Source of the DNA: Lama glama
Lineage: Eukaryota
Assembly (NCBI GenBank): GCA_028534125.1
Contig: CM052818.1
Location: forward strand, 44,518,001-44,582,000
Length of the DNA: 64,000 bases
Direction: 5' to 3'
Every line of letters begins with the position of its first letter. Positions within the stretch are counted from its first letter, which is position 1. Made by a program: the position numbers and the translations under genes. This document shows positions 1-12,444 of the stretch, piece after piece. The notes beneath the pieces were generated by a model. It had not been told where the DNA came from and ran no database searches. It worked only from the letters and a program-made list of their open reading frames with translations.

Positions 1-291
1 CTGTGGCCCAGAACAAACCGGCATGTGGTCAGGGCAAAATAATTCAGGTGGGATTGACTCGAACTGAACTGAACAGGACCTGAGCTCAGCCTCCTACGTC
101 TACGTAGGAATCCTTACCTTCCCACAAAGCCAGGTCCTGGAGGACCAGAAATACTATCCTGAGAAATCTGGGGAAATCTCAGAGTATTTCCCCTATAAAG
201 GATCAGAAGATTTTCAAGGAGGAAAAATGGCTGCTACCCTGCACAGACTCTGGACTCATAGTCCCCAGTGCCTCTACCCCACCTCACCAAT

Positions 292-292
292 A

Positions 293-341
<49 letters not shown>
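292..341. repeat. (CA)n microsatellite
   Basis: ~25 CA units. Confidence 0.98.
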
Positions 342-344
<3 letters not shown>

Positions 345-445
345 ATGACATGGTGTGGCTTTGATGGAACACAAGCTGGAGTCAGCTCTCAACTCAAGTC
401 CTAGCTACAGCATTCAGTGCTGCTCTGAGTTTCAGCTTTATCATC

Positions 446-790
446 TGTGCTGGTTAATTTTATGCATCAGCTTGGCTAGACAATGCCTGGTGCCCAAATG
501 TTTGGTCAAACTCCTGTCCAGATGTTGCTGTGGAAGCATTTTTTAGAAGTGATTAACATTTAAGTCCGTAGACTTTGAGGTAAGCAGACGACCCTCGGTA
601 AGGTGCAGGGTCCTCATCCAATCGACTGAAGACCTTAAAAGACTGAGTTCCCCTGAGGAAGAAGGACTTCTGCCTCCAGACCGCCTTAGAACTTGCATCA
701 GCTCTTTCCTGGGTCTTTGGCATGCTGGCCTGCCCTGCACATTTCAGACTTGCAGCCTTCATATGTGTGAACCAATTTCTTCCTTTCTCT
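446..790 (+). mobile_element. MLT2-type (ERVL) LTR fragment
   Basis: TGTGCTGGTTAATTTTATG start, ...GATTAACATTTAA..., CCTCATCCAATC, CTTCTGCCTCCAGAC, typical of MLT2. Confidence 0.75.
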
Positions 791-2479
791 CACTTTTCTC
801 CCTGCCTCTCTGTCCCCAGCTAAAAGAATATTAAATGGCAGTCCAGAGGTGAACTTGCAGAACTGGGTTTTCCTGGATGTCATAGAAAAATACAAAATTT
901 ACTTTCATAGACCCAGCAACATCCTGCAGATAAATAAAGGGCCAAAGGAGACTCTAATGCATCAGAGTGGATACTCTACTCTCTGTTCTGTGTGACCACC
1001 TCACTTCCATAGGTGTCTGCATCTTTGGCTAAATAAATAGAAAACTTAATCCAACTGGAGAGTAGATATTTGCCTGCGATGAAGTGATGTCAAATCCATG
1101 ATCCACCTGAAATTTTGCACAACTGAAAAATGAAAGATGATATACTAAAATGTGATCTCTTTCGAGGACAACTTTACCAACCCAAGAAAGGTCAGTGAGA
1201 GTGATTAGGTTGTTGGAATAGCATTTGGATATTTTACATCACCCATAGTCTGCAGGCTATTCAGTCTGATCAAGTACAGCCCAAAACCAATAGGGCAGCT
1301 GCTGTCCCCAGACCCTGAGATGCATTAATGAAATTAACTCCAAGGCCATATTTTCCCCTATTTTGAAAATTCACCCACATTCTGTTTCACTTTGTCCATA
1401 AGTTCAGCCATATTGTCTAATGCAGCCCTGGAGAGATAGCATGGTGAGCCCAAATGTATGTTGAAGAATGCTCTCAAATAAGGATACTGTAAATTGTTTC
1501 CCATTTTTTAATTTCCATATAGGAATTAAAGGCCAAAGACACCGAAATCTAAAATAATTCTCCTTTCAAATTTCTCATTCTGCTCAGTGTTAGAGAAAGC
1601 GGCTCCTGATGGAAATAGATTTCAGGCGGATTGCTTCTGAAACTGTTGTTTCTCAAGCTCTTTCCAGTGGAAGGGGTGTAATTCCTTTAGCACCTGCCAA
1701 GGGGCAGGAATCCAATGCCAAGTCTCTCACATTCCCTGCTTTTCCAAAGATTCAGGAAGAACCCCAAGATTATCTCAGTACTACACCCACCCCCACCAAT
1801 GTTAGAAAACCCCAGCAGATCCCAAGCCCTGTGAACATTTTGGTGGCAAGACCAGTTCATTGCACAGTCCAGAGCTCAGCCTGACACCAGAACAGAGTTC
1901 AGGAATTTCTGTGAGAGGAAAATGAGTGCAAATATATATGAAAAAGCTAAATACGCTTGGTTTCAGCCTCGGCAGAATCCCAGTGGGTCTGGCCAGTTGT
2001 TTGATGTGTAATTTTTTTTTCCTATAAACACAACTTCAGCAGGAAGACCTCACCATTGAGGAGGTTTGTGGTGATGGCTGTGAACGTCTCTTCAGAAAGC
2101 AACATTTGAGACACTTCCTGAAAACCTGAGAAATTCATCCTTACTAGAGGCTCCTCTCTGCCTCTTAAAACCTCTTCATTGCTGTTTCCCCAGATGTTCC
2201 TGGCACCCCAGTGCTGAACGGAGGATCAGCTCTGTTTCAGCTCCCTCCTGTCAGCAGAGCACACCACGTTTATTTTTAGCTTTTTGTTTCCTGATCGTTC
2301 CATTTTGGTTTTTTCTTTGCATTACCCAGGAAGATGGAATATCCCCCACTAAACAACTCCATCCCCCAGGTCACAAAGGTCCTTATCTTTTACAGATAAA
2401 ATCCGCCTTTACGCTGCTGTGGTTGAACCCACAGTCTGGGTCTTTCAAATCTACAACCATCAGAGTTTACGAGGCGAGC

Positions 2480-2630
2480 ACTTCCTAGCAAGCTGACCCC
2501 CACCCCTTGGGGGGATGGAGATTCAGAGACTCAGATTCAGTTGGTCTAGGGTGGGACTTAGACCTCAGTGATTTTAAAATACGCCCCCCTCCAATTAATT
2601 CTAATAGACAACCAAGGTTGAGAATCTCTG
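2480..2630. mobile_element. MER5A-like hAT DNA transposon relic
   Basis: CAGATTCAGTTGGTCTAGGGTGGG...AATTCTAAT...CCAAGGTTGAGAATCTCTG terminal motif. Confidence 0.6.
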
Positions 2631-4553
2631 ATGATAAGACCTAGAAGGTTCTCTGTTCTAATACCCCTCACCAGCGTCAGCCACAGCTGTAATTCTGGTG
2701 GGGGCACAAGGAGGCCCACAGACAGGGTCTACAGAAGCTCTGCCTCCCCACAAGAATCTCCTTCTCTTTATGTAAAACTCACAAGGTTTATTCTCAGAGA
2801 TTCCCAGCCAAGAGGCACCAGAATGTATCAATTACTCCTTCTCCATTATGCATGAAGAACCACCAGGCACATAGGAACCAAACAGCAGCTTTATTAACCT
2901 GGACAAGGCGTCAACAGCACCCTCTCTCCTGGAAGGACTGGAGAAGTGCTGGGATGGGGATCACCTGGCTCTGAGGCCTGGCGAGGCCCCACCTACCTCT
3001 CCACAGGTGTGCCTGCTTGGGGAACATGGGGGATGGGGGCCCTCGTACGTTTTCAGAGCTGTTGGTGGCAGGGTGGCTCTGAGAGTGTCTGAGACTTGTT
3101 GGGCCCTGAAGTGAGGCCCATGTGGCTCAGGGTGCAGGGGGGGGGTGCCTCACTGAGCAGATCAGCCCTTCCTGCCTCTGCAGCTACCCTCCCCCTCCAT
3201 GGAAAGGCAGCACCTGGGCATCCGTGCAGTGGGGTGGGGAGGGGAAGGGCGAGAAATAGCTTTGAGGGAGCAGCCAGGACCTGAGTCTGAATCTCTTCTG
3301 TGCACTTCACTGGGGACAAACAAATGTGTCCAACGGGACATGTTACCTGCTGCTCGTGCCTCCAGGTGGCCGTTTCTCAGGGCTGGACCACACAACATGT
3401 CTTGGGCTGACTCTCCATCTGCCTGGCCCGTGCCCTTTGCTGGTTCTCTTCACCTGGGCTCTTAGACTCTGTGGTGGCTCCTGCTGGCACGCGTGTTCGT
3501 GTTGGACACTTGGAAGTTATCCTGGATACCCCTTGGGGGTCCCTGGTTCCCTCTCCTTCACGCCATGTTACTGCCTAGATTAGGGCCTCAGCACCTCCCC
3601 ACAGCAGCCCCGGGCGTCTCCTATGACTTTCATTGGCCAGGCCCATCCTCTGGTCCATGCTCACCTGCGTGACCTCCCACCAGGCCGCCCCTCCTTCACT
3701 TGACCCTCAGGCCTGGTCACACCATGGTGTCGCCACCTCTCAACCGTTTCTCAACACACTTCAAACCCCTCCTCTCATCACATCAAGCTCATAAAGCTGC
3801 TTCCACCCCATGCCCCTCCCTGCTTGCCAGGTGGAAAAGGCCGGTCATCACTTGAGACTGGGTCCAGGCTCCGCCCTCAGAGGTTGCCTTCCTCTGCCCT
3901 GATGCCCAGCGCCCCCACCCCAGATAAACTTGACTTCCCTCCAGGCTCCCCTCCCAGGACGCTGACCTTCCTGTCGCTGCACTTACCCAGCTCCAGTACA
4001 TCATTTCGATAAACGGCCGTTTCCTACTGGCCACGAGCTCCTCAGATCCCCTAGTACCTGGCATTTTGTCGGGCATATAGAAGTGTATTTTATTCCTTCA
4101 GATGCTAACCTTATTGTCTAGTGCTAAGGTCCAGGACACCACTCAGACAAAATGATGATTGTTCCAGAAACGCTCACTCCAGGCATAAAGCAACTTATAA
4201 ATAAATGGATTGGTGCTCTGGGAATTTGGCCACCAGTTGGAATAAAAGGAATTGTCCTTGAAGAGTTTAGCATGTGAAGAAGCCTTGCCCCTTGGAAAGT
4301 GTGGAAGCGTGGAGGGGAGGGGAGGGGAGCGCTTGGTCTAATATCTGCAGGTCATTTCCTTCTCCTTCTGTTTCTTTTCCTCATCTCCTTTTTGTTACTC
4401 TTTTTGTTTCTTTTTTACTTTATTTTGTCGGCATCCTTTTATAATTTTCATCCTACTATTTTATTGGAACCAAAAAATAATGTATTCTCATAGTCCTGGA
4501 AGTCAAAGATATTACTAGAAGACATAGAGCAAAATCTAGCCCCACTCACCCCA

Positions 4554-4555
<2 letters not shown>

Positions 4556-4587
<32 letters not shown>
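4556..4587. repeat. (CA)n microsatellite
   Basis: ~16 CA units. Confidence 0.95.
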
Positions 4588-4589
<2 letters not shown>

Positions 4590-5124
4590 CTCCTGCTCCC
4601 TGGACACTAGACTTTCCAATTCTTTCAGCTCTTTATTCTGGTACCTACTTTTCTATTTCTAAATAATATGAACATACTATAATATTTGGATTAACCAAAT
4701 TTAGGTATGACTTATTGACTTTTTACAATTGATGCAGATTTTATCTTCAATGTACTCTTTCCCCCTTCCTAAACCTCCTAGTATAAATGACATGATTTTA
4801 ATTTCTATAATTTTTGAGTTTTTCTGGGGCAGAGAGTGGCTCCTTTTTTATTGCTCATCATTCTTTCAATGTATAACTAACCCCTCCCCGCCCCCCAAAA
4901 AAATGCTCTGGGAGAAGAAAGCTGCTCAGCAGGGTTTTTCACATCGCCAAATCTCTCTCTCCTTTTTTCTCCTTCTTTTACACACAAAAAAGGGAAGAGA
5001 GAACTCTGGATGAAACATTGCTTCTCCTAAAGCACAGTGGTGCTTGCCTCCCTCCTCTAGGCTGCTCTGCCACCAGGCTTCCCTCCAACCCTCATCTCTC
5101 CCCTCATCTGTTCCCTCGTTCTGT

Positions 5125-5550
5125 GGATCAGTTAGGTAATGCTAGATGCTGTCACAAATAAGCCTCTGAATCTCGGAGGTTATCACCATGGAAACTTAGT
5201 TCTTACTCCACAAAGTCCATTTCAGTATTTAGCAGGCCACCTGCCACACAGTGAGTCAGGGATCCAGGTTCCTTCCATCTTGTGGCTCTGCCCTCCAGAC
5301 TTTTGCTTCCCGTGATGGAGAAGCCAGGGAATGGGAAGAAGGTACCCCTAGTTTTTAACTGCTTTGGCCTAGAGGTGAGCCAATCACTGCTGCTTACATT
5401 TCCATTGCCAAGATGCAGTGACATGACCCCACTGAGATGTGGGGCTAGGGGCTGGGAAACTTAGCCCCTGGGAGGAGGCCTTTTTTCAGCAATGACTCTC
5501 CAGGACCATGGGACTCCTTAGAGGACAGCTAGCCACCTCTGCCACACCTA
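5125..5550 (-). mobile_element. MLT1-type (MaLR) LTR relic
   Basis: CAGTTAGGTAATGCTAGATGCTGTCACAAAT start, CAGGGATCCAGGTTCCTTCCATCTTGTGGCTCTGCC core. Confidence 0.65.
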
Positions 5551-7092
5551 AAGCTCAGGGTCTCCAAATTCCCTGTCCCTGGCCCCCTTTCACAGGAAGC
5601 CCCAAATCAATGAACATTTCCACGTAGATATTATATGGCAAGAATTCATCCACTGAACTTGAGTGTCATTCCTTTGTGCTGTTATACGGCTGTCATACAT
5701 CTGAGGAAAACACAGAACAGAAGGCCGTGGAGGAGTACAAGTCACTCAGTCCTGTGCCCCAGATGCTGTTTCATCAGCTCACACCAGTGTGTCCAATCAG
5801 TAGGTTTCATGGTGCCTGGAAAGTCTTCCAGTCCAGCCCGGAGACGGCATCTCTGGCAGGAGCTTCAGTTACAGATGCTCCATTCTCCCCTCACCCCACC
5901 CGCTCCAAGAAGCATTGAGTCCTTGCAGGTATTTCTGAAGCAAAAGGTCAAGCTCTGCTTGATGAGAGGAATCGGGTCTGGTCTGCATTTGTTTCTGGTC
6001 AAAACAAGAAGTGCTCACCCCCTTTTTCGAAACACATTCGCTTTTTACAAAGCAAAGGCACTGAGGCACCCGCAATGATTCAACCCTGAGTAATTTGTGG
6101 AAGATGCTTCACGTCTTTCTCACGGCCTGTCCCCTGCTCTGTCTCCGTCAGCTCAGCCAGGGCAGATGCTGGTGCTTCTCTCGTGTGGAGAGTTCTGGAG
6201 GCTGGCTCGTGCTGTGAGCACACGGTGTGGTTGCTCTGATTTTTGCCCTCTTCACCTCCATTGCCCCAGTGGCCAGCCGTAGGACCGCCGGTCTCCATGG
6301 GTGCAGGGACAGAGCCTGTTAGCACATGAAATCATGCTGGATTTGGAGACCTGAGTTCCCACTCCACCTTTTACTCATCAGAGGACCTTCAACAAATCAC
6401 GGTCTCTCTGAACATGACTCTTCTCCTCCATAAAACAGAGCAAATGCAAAAAATGATCTGAAACAGCAGTGATAATAAAACTTAGAGTTGAGCCATGTCC
6501 AAAGCACAGACATGCCCATTACCTTAATGCCGCTGTTTGCTTCATGGCCCCATGTGGAGCCAGCAGGGAAAACGATGCGCTCCCACTTCGCAGATGCAGA
6601 AACTCATGCTCAGCTAGGAGCCTGGTGGCCACGAGAGAGACTGCCAAGCTGAATAGGGGACAGTCCGCATTGTTTCAGATCCACCCTTTTAAGCATGGAG
6701 GTGCCAGGCACTGTGATAGTTGCTTTGGGAAAGAAATATAAGAGCGTATCTTTCTATGGGGCTCAGAGTTGAACCAGGATGACACAGGGAAATGGCGAAC
6801 TCCCTGTTCCAGGTCTGGCTCGGTCTTGCTTTGCAAGTTGGGATGAACAGAATGATGGGCGTGGGGCAGCATCCAGAGAGCTCTGTGTGAGCCAGCGTGG
6901 CAGACACAAAAGGGAAGGCGAGGCTGCCACCAGGCCTTGAGAGATGCTTGAGACTCGCAGACGGGGTGAGGAGGGCAAGCTGGAAAGCTAAGGATGGTGC
7001 GAGTACTCCGCCAGCCCGAGAGTGCTCAGGGCGCGTCACTGGAAAGGCAGTCTGCTGGCGCGCCCTTAGAGGACTTGCTTCCATAAACACAT

Positions 7093-7623
7093 TGTCAACG
7101 AAAATAGTCATAAACAATCTAAAATAAGACTAGAAAAGAGGTTTATTTGAGCCGAACTGAGGACTATAGCCCAGAAGCCAGCTTCCCAGATGATTCTGAG
7201 ATACTGCTCCAGAGAAGCATGGTTTTCAGCACAGTTTTATATTTTGTCAGAAGTACAAACATTAAACAAGTCAGGCAAGTCAGAGATACATTCCTTCAAG
7301 GTTTCAAAGAAACAAAAACAAAAAAACAGACCAGCATGGAAGTACAGAGTGAGCCTGTGTGGCCCTGGCACCCGGGAAGGCAGTCATCATCAGAGGAGGA
7401 CCAGCATGGGTGCCCCAGAAAGGGAGGTACTTAATCTTTATTTTTAACATGGAATTTTTTTTTAACCTCTGGCCAATGTGCCCTTTCCTTTAAAAATTGA
7501 AACAGGTGTACATGCTTGATAGGCCACAAACAGGCTGTTTTAGTTAGCGTCAAATGCAAGGAAACTCATGTATAAGCCGGGATGACTTCCCCAGACCTCA
7601 ATAGGTAAAAATTTCTTTTATCA
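7093..7623 (-). mobile_element. Probable solo ERV LTR (~530 bp)
   Basis: TG...CA termini, near-TSD ACAT/ATAT, minus-strand ATATAAAA (~7235) and AATAAA (~7142) in LTR order. Confidence 0.6.
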
Positions 7624-10600
7624 ATATGAACAGCACATCAATTACATGCAAGCAGATGCCTTATCCACAGGCATGGGTGAGATCCTCCCATGGACCCGCT
7701 CAGTTTTCATGTTTGCCCTTTTTATAAGCTTTTCATTGCACATCAACAGCCCTAAACTCCGCCTTGTGTCTGAATTTAAATTTTTGTATGTTAGCTGATG
7801 ATTCTATACTGTTAAAGGATGCTGATTGCCAGGTGCTGCTGCTGCTGCTACTGGGAGAGAAAGCCAGGCCAACTTTGAAGCCCAAGTCAAGGCCACTGTC
7901 CGCTCCTCGCCCTTCCCCCACCCCGCCCCAGGAGGATGTCAAGGGTGGTATCTCAGGAACCCAGGCCTGCAGCTCTCTCACCAGCCGGTTGCTGCAGGGG
8001 TGAGGAGCCGGGGGCTCAGGTGAGAAAGACGCCATCCAAGGTCCCACTCATCTCCATGTGTCAAGGTTAGACCCTCTCCCCTATCTGTTCTCCAGGTGCC
8101 CCACGAATTGGAATAGACCTTGAGGATCTGGGGACCATTCAGCTTCAGCACCCTGGGGAAATGTGGAAAGTGGGGTGCCAGGCCTGTTTCCCTAGTCCCC
8201 AGGGAAAGCCATCCCAGGGTCTCCCACATCCATGCAAAGTTTCTTACCTGAACACCCAGCAGCTCTCTCTCAAAGTAAGCAAAACCATCATAGAAATTTC
8301 AACATAGCTTTGGCTCCCTAGAAACAGAATTGCCCATCCGCCCCCCCTCAGAGTGTGCAGGTGTGCATTTAGCCTCCTGGAGCGTCCTCATTGCTCACTT
8401 GACAGCACAGGTGCGGGTTTGGGAGCAGCTGCCAGCAGGACCTCTCCTCTCTGTCCTCCCACAAGAGTGGCTTTGGCTCTGGCGGGTGGGACAGCTGAGC
8501 TTCTGCCACATGACGGGGGTGCAGGCTCCCTCCCTCTCCTAGTGCTCAGGCACCGTGTTAAGATGTGTTAACGTGTGTTCCAAAGCATCTACCTCTGTGG
8601 AGCCAGAGACAATTTTCTAGTTTAGGGGGTGAAAAGAGATATTTGCAAGTTCCAATGTAACTCAGGCAACGTCCACAACTCCTGTCACTTTGGGGAATAA
8701 AACTCACCCGTGAGAGTCCATTTGATCAGCTGGGCTGCATCTGTCTGAATCCTGGAGGAGGGAAGGGTGATGGGCAGGCAGAACCCCCAGGTGTGCTGAT
8801 GCTTCAAGTACCAAATGACATCATATCATGGCCAAACAAAGGTTTTGTGGCACTTCGAACAGAGAAAATTAGGACAGTGGGGCATTGGTAGGGTAATCCC
8901 TGGCTAAACACCAAGTCCCCATCTCCAAGTCGGTGCCACACTTGTCCTGTCAGTTTATTCCCTCTTGCTGGAAGAATCTGCAGCAGCTTGCTTGCAGTCA
9001 GGAGGGATGGACCTGGGTAACAGGAACTTCTTCATGACTGCATTTTGTAGAAGTCAGTTGTTAAAGAGTTAGACGGTGACCCACCATGTTCAAAACTCAA
9101 AAGAATCAAGCTGATACGTGAAACGTAAGACACGAAGACCTCAGCTGTAAACCCAAATCCAGCCTCATCTCACTGGCTTTAATACATCAACATTTTCCAC
9201 CACATAACATGCACGTTCATTTGAATTTCATTGGTGCTATAGCTTTATCTGCACTTAATTTTAAATGCATTTTGGTTTTACGACTATAAAGGGCTACTGC
9301 TTTCTGCTTATGTGTATTTAAATACAATTATATAAAAATTATATAAAAATAATTCAGTGCAACACTGCAACATTTTGTATTATTGGAATCGAAGACAAAA
9401 ATGCTGCATAGCATTTGTCCACTTAACACGCCCTCTCTAATCCTAAGAAACTCACCTATTCAGGTACCATTCACTGATTTCTGTGCAAAGTCCAGATGAA
9501 AACAATTTTACTGTATCAGCCATTATCTCCATTATCATCCTTTGTGTGCTGCATGAAAGCAAGAATGTGAACTTTGGTCCAGAACTAAATCTCCTTCAAT
9601 AAATCAGAGGTTAACCACCTCCCTCAATCAACAGGCACTGTTTATTTTTAGGATCTCCCTGAAATATGAATCAAGAAGACAAAAGAATAAAAGCGAAACT
9701 AATAGGCCATTCTGGAAGGAAAAATATAAAGTTCCCAAATGAACGTTACTTGAAAACATAAACCGTTGCTCCTCCGGTTGGCTCTGTCATACATCTCGGA
9801 AAAGGATGTTTTTACAATCAGAGCAGAAATATGACTGGCGTTCCTACATTTACATTTCTTTGTTGCAAAATGAATATAACTTGTTCGGATTCCAGCAGCG
9901 GAGAAAGCAGCAGAAGTCGTGGTTACTTTCCAAAGTGAAACTTAAAACCACAATCTCCGGTGCACAAAAGGCAGAATGAGTCACCGGAAGAGGCCACTTG
10001 CTTGCAAAACTCATTAAAAGCAATGCAGGGCTGAATGGACTTCCTGCACCAGTGAAAAGATCGCTGGCATCAGGACAGCACCTCGAGTCTCCCAGAAGTT
10101 GGGGGAGGAAGAGCGCCCTCAGAAATCCGGGCACAGCCCCGGTCTGCTGGTTCACACGCACTTGGCTGCCTGGCCGGGTCGAGGCGGACTCTCCTCCCAG
10201 CCGGGACCAGCAGACACTGAGATGCCCAGGAAGGAGGCTCAGGCTGACCACGGGGCATTAAAGGCTCAGGACACCTTGTGACTCAGTTGAGCCGCTGTAT
10301 TGGGTTTCCAGGGGCCCCCCTCCTTCAGCAGATCCGCTCTGTTGGCCTGACCAGGCCAGATTAAAGGTAGATGTCGGCGGTTGAAATACAGAAGTGGCTC
10401 CTTGAGAACAGGATCTGGGCCTTGGGTGTATCTTCTGGAACTTGATGGAGCACCAGAATCCTGGGGTGCACTTCTGAGCACAGGCTGTGGGCCCCGCACC
10501 CACAGTCTGACCCAGCAGGCCAGGGGAGAGCCCAGGACCTGTATTTCTGCCGAGCTCTCTGATGCTGAGACAGCAGGCCCTGAGACGCTACTGTGAGAGC

Positions 10601-11390
10601 CACAAGCCTAAATGGTTCTTAGACCAGAAGGACAAGCAGCCACAGACTGCTCCCTCCTCCGAGCCGGTCAGTGATGCTTGGCCTTGGGCTGTGCCAACTG
10701 AAGGCACTTCGGTACCCAAATGGTCCCCTAAGTGACTCCTTTCTCTCCCCGAAAGCCAACAACACACCTGGCCAGTCTCCAAGGCAGGCACCACAGGCCT
10801 TTGTCAAGCCAGGACAAGGTTTTTAAAAGTCTGTGCTGCCAAACCCAAACGGATTCTGCCCCCAGGTGGCCATCTGGGGCCCAGTGACTTCCAGAGCCAA
10901 AGTCTGTCTGCTCAAATTCTGGTTTCCTGCAGTCATCCAGTCCTTTTGTGATGGGAGTGACCCTCACCAGCGCCTTCCCTTGCAGCAGGTGTTGAAAAAG
11001 AGGGTCAGAAATAGGAAGAAGACACAATTTGTGTTTTTAACCACTTTCTCTTTGTTTAGGGCAGAGATGGGATGCCTCCTACCACCCCCAGCCCCGTAGA
11101 AACAGGGCACGGGCTTTATGCAGACATGCAAAGGGAGGCGGATGAGTAAGTGATGGGTGGTCTGACAGCCCTCTGAAACATCCGGTTAGGACCACACTCC
11201 TGCTGGAGTGAAGAAATCAGATTCCAGAGTTCATTTTTTTGATTTTTTAAAATAAGGCCTGTGTAACTTTCCTCCCGGCCGGTTCTCCTGTCCCAGGGCT
11301 GCACGAGGGCTGCCTGCGTTACCTTTTACGGGAAAAGTCACTCTGAGGCCCAAAGCCGGTGGTCACTGACCCATCATCAATGTTCCTTGA

Positions 11391-11890
11391 NNNNNNNNNN
11401 NNNNNNNNNNNNNNNNNNNNNNNNNNNNNNNNNNNNNNNNNNNNNNNNNNNNNNNNNNNNNNNNNNNNNNNNNNNNNNNNNNNNNNNNNNNNNNNNNNNN
11501 NNNNNNNNNNNNNNNNNNNNNNNNNNNNNNNNNNNNNNNNNNNNNNNNNNNNNNNNNNNNNNNNNNNNNNNNNNNNNNNNNNNNNNNNNNNNNNNNNNNN
11601 NNNNNNNNNNNNNNNNNNNNNNNNNNNNNNNNNNNNNNNNNNNNNNNNNNNNNNNNNNNNNNNNNNNNNNNNNNNNNNNNNNNNNNNNNNNNNNNNNNNN
11701 NNNNNNNNNNNNNNNNNNNNNNNNNNNNNNNNNNNNNNNNNNNNNNNNNNNNNNNNNNNNNNNNNNNNNNNNNNNNNNNNNNNNNNNNNNNNNNNNNNNN
11801 NNNNNNNNNNNNNNNNNNNNNNNNNNNNNNNNNNNNNNNNNNNNNNNNNNNNNNNNNNNNNNNNNNNNNNNNNNNNNNNNNNNNNNNNNN
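11391..11890. other. Assembly gap (500 N)
   Basis: Run of N. Confidence 1.
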
Positions 11891-12070
11891 AAAAAAAAAA
11901 CAAATTTCTTCTGTATAGCATAGGGAGCTATATTCAATATCTTGTAATAACCCTTAATGAAAAAGAACATGAAAATGAATATACATGTATATATACATGC
12001 ATGACTGGGACATTGTGCTGCACACCAGAAATTGACACATTGTAACTGACTATACTTCAATTAAAAAAAA
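11891..12070 (+). mobile_element. Young L1 3' end with A tail (cetartiodactyl type); 5' part lost in gap
   Basis: CTGTATAGCATAGGGAGCTATATTCAATATCTTGTAATAACC...ACATTGTAACTGACTATACTTCAATTAAAAAAAA. Confidence 0.85.
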
Positions 12071-12444
12071 CACACACAGGACAGAACCTACTTGTGTAAA
12101 AGACCCCGTGTTAACACCGATTTCAGGCCAGGCCCTAGGGGGCACCTCACCTACAGCGCGAGCTGAACCCTCCCTGTGCCTGAGTCGTCCCGTCAAGGTG
12201 GGACGAGCCCCGGGTGCAGCCCCCTCCTTCCCTCTGAAGGGCACACAGCGGGTCGGAGTTTCACCAAAGGCGTCAGGAAAGACTGGCTCTTTTATTCCAA
12301 ATACTGAACAGTTTATAGGCTCCAGGGTTTTGTTTTTGTTTTTTGAGTAGAAAATAAAATAATATGCTTGATATCACACAGTAGGAAATCAGCAAGTTAA
12401 TAACTCACCAAGAAGGATTTAAAATTCACACGCCTCATTTTCAG

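Noticed and set aside
11319..12060. Long ORFs of 178-228 aa in the ORF track
   Set aside because: Artefacts of translation through the 500-N gap
12291..12296. Second AATAAA (minus strand) ~175 nt downstream of the main signal
   Set aside because: Could be an alternative poly(A) site, but nothing beyond the hexamer supports it
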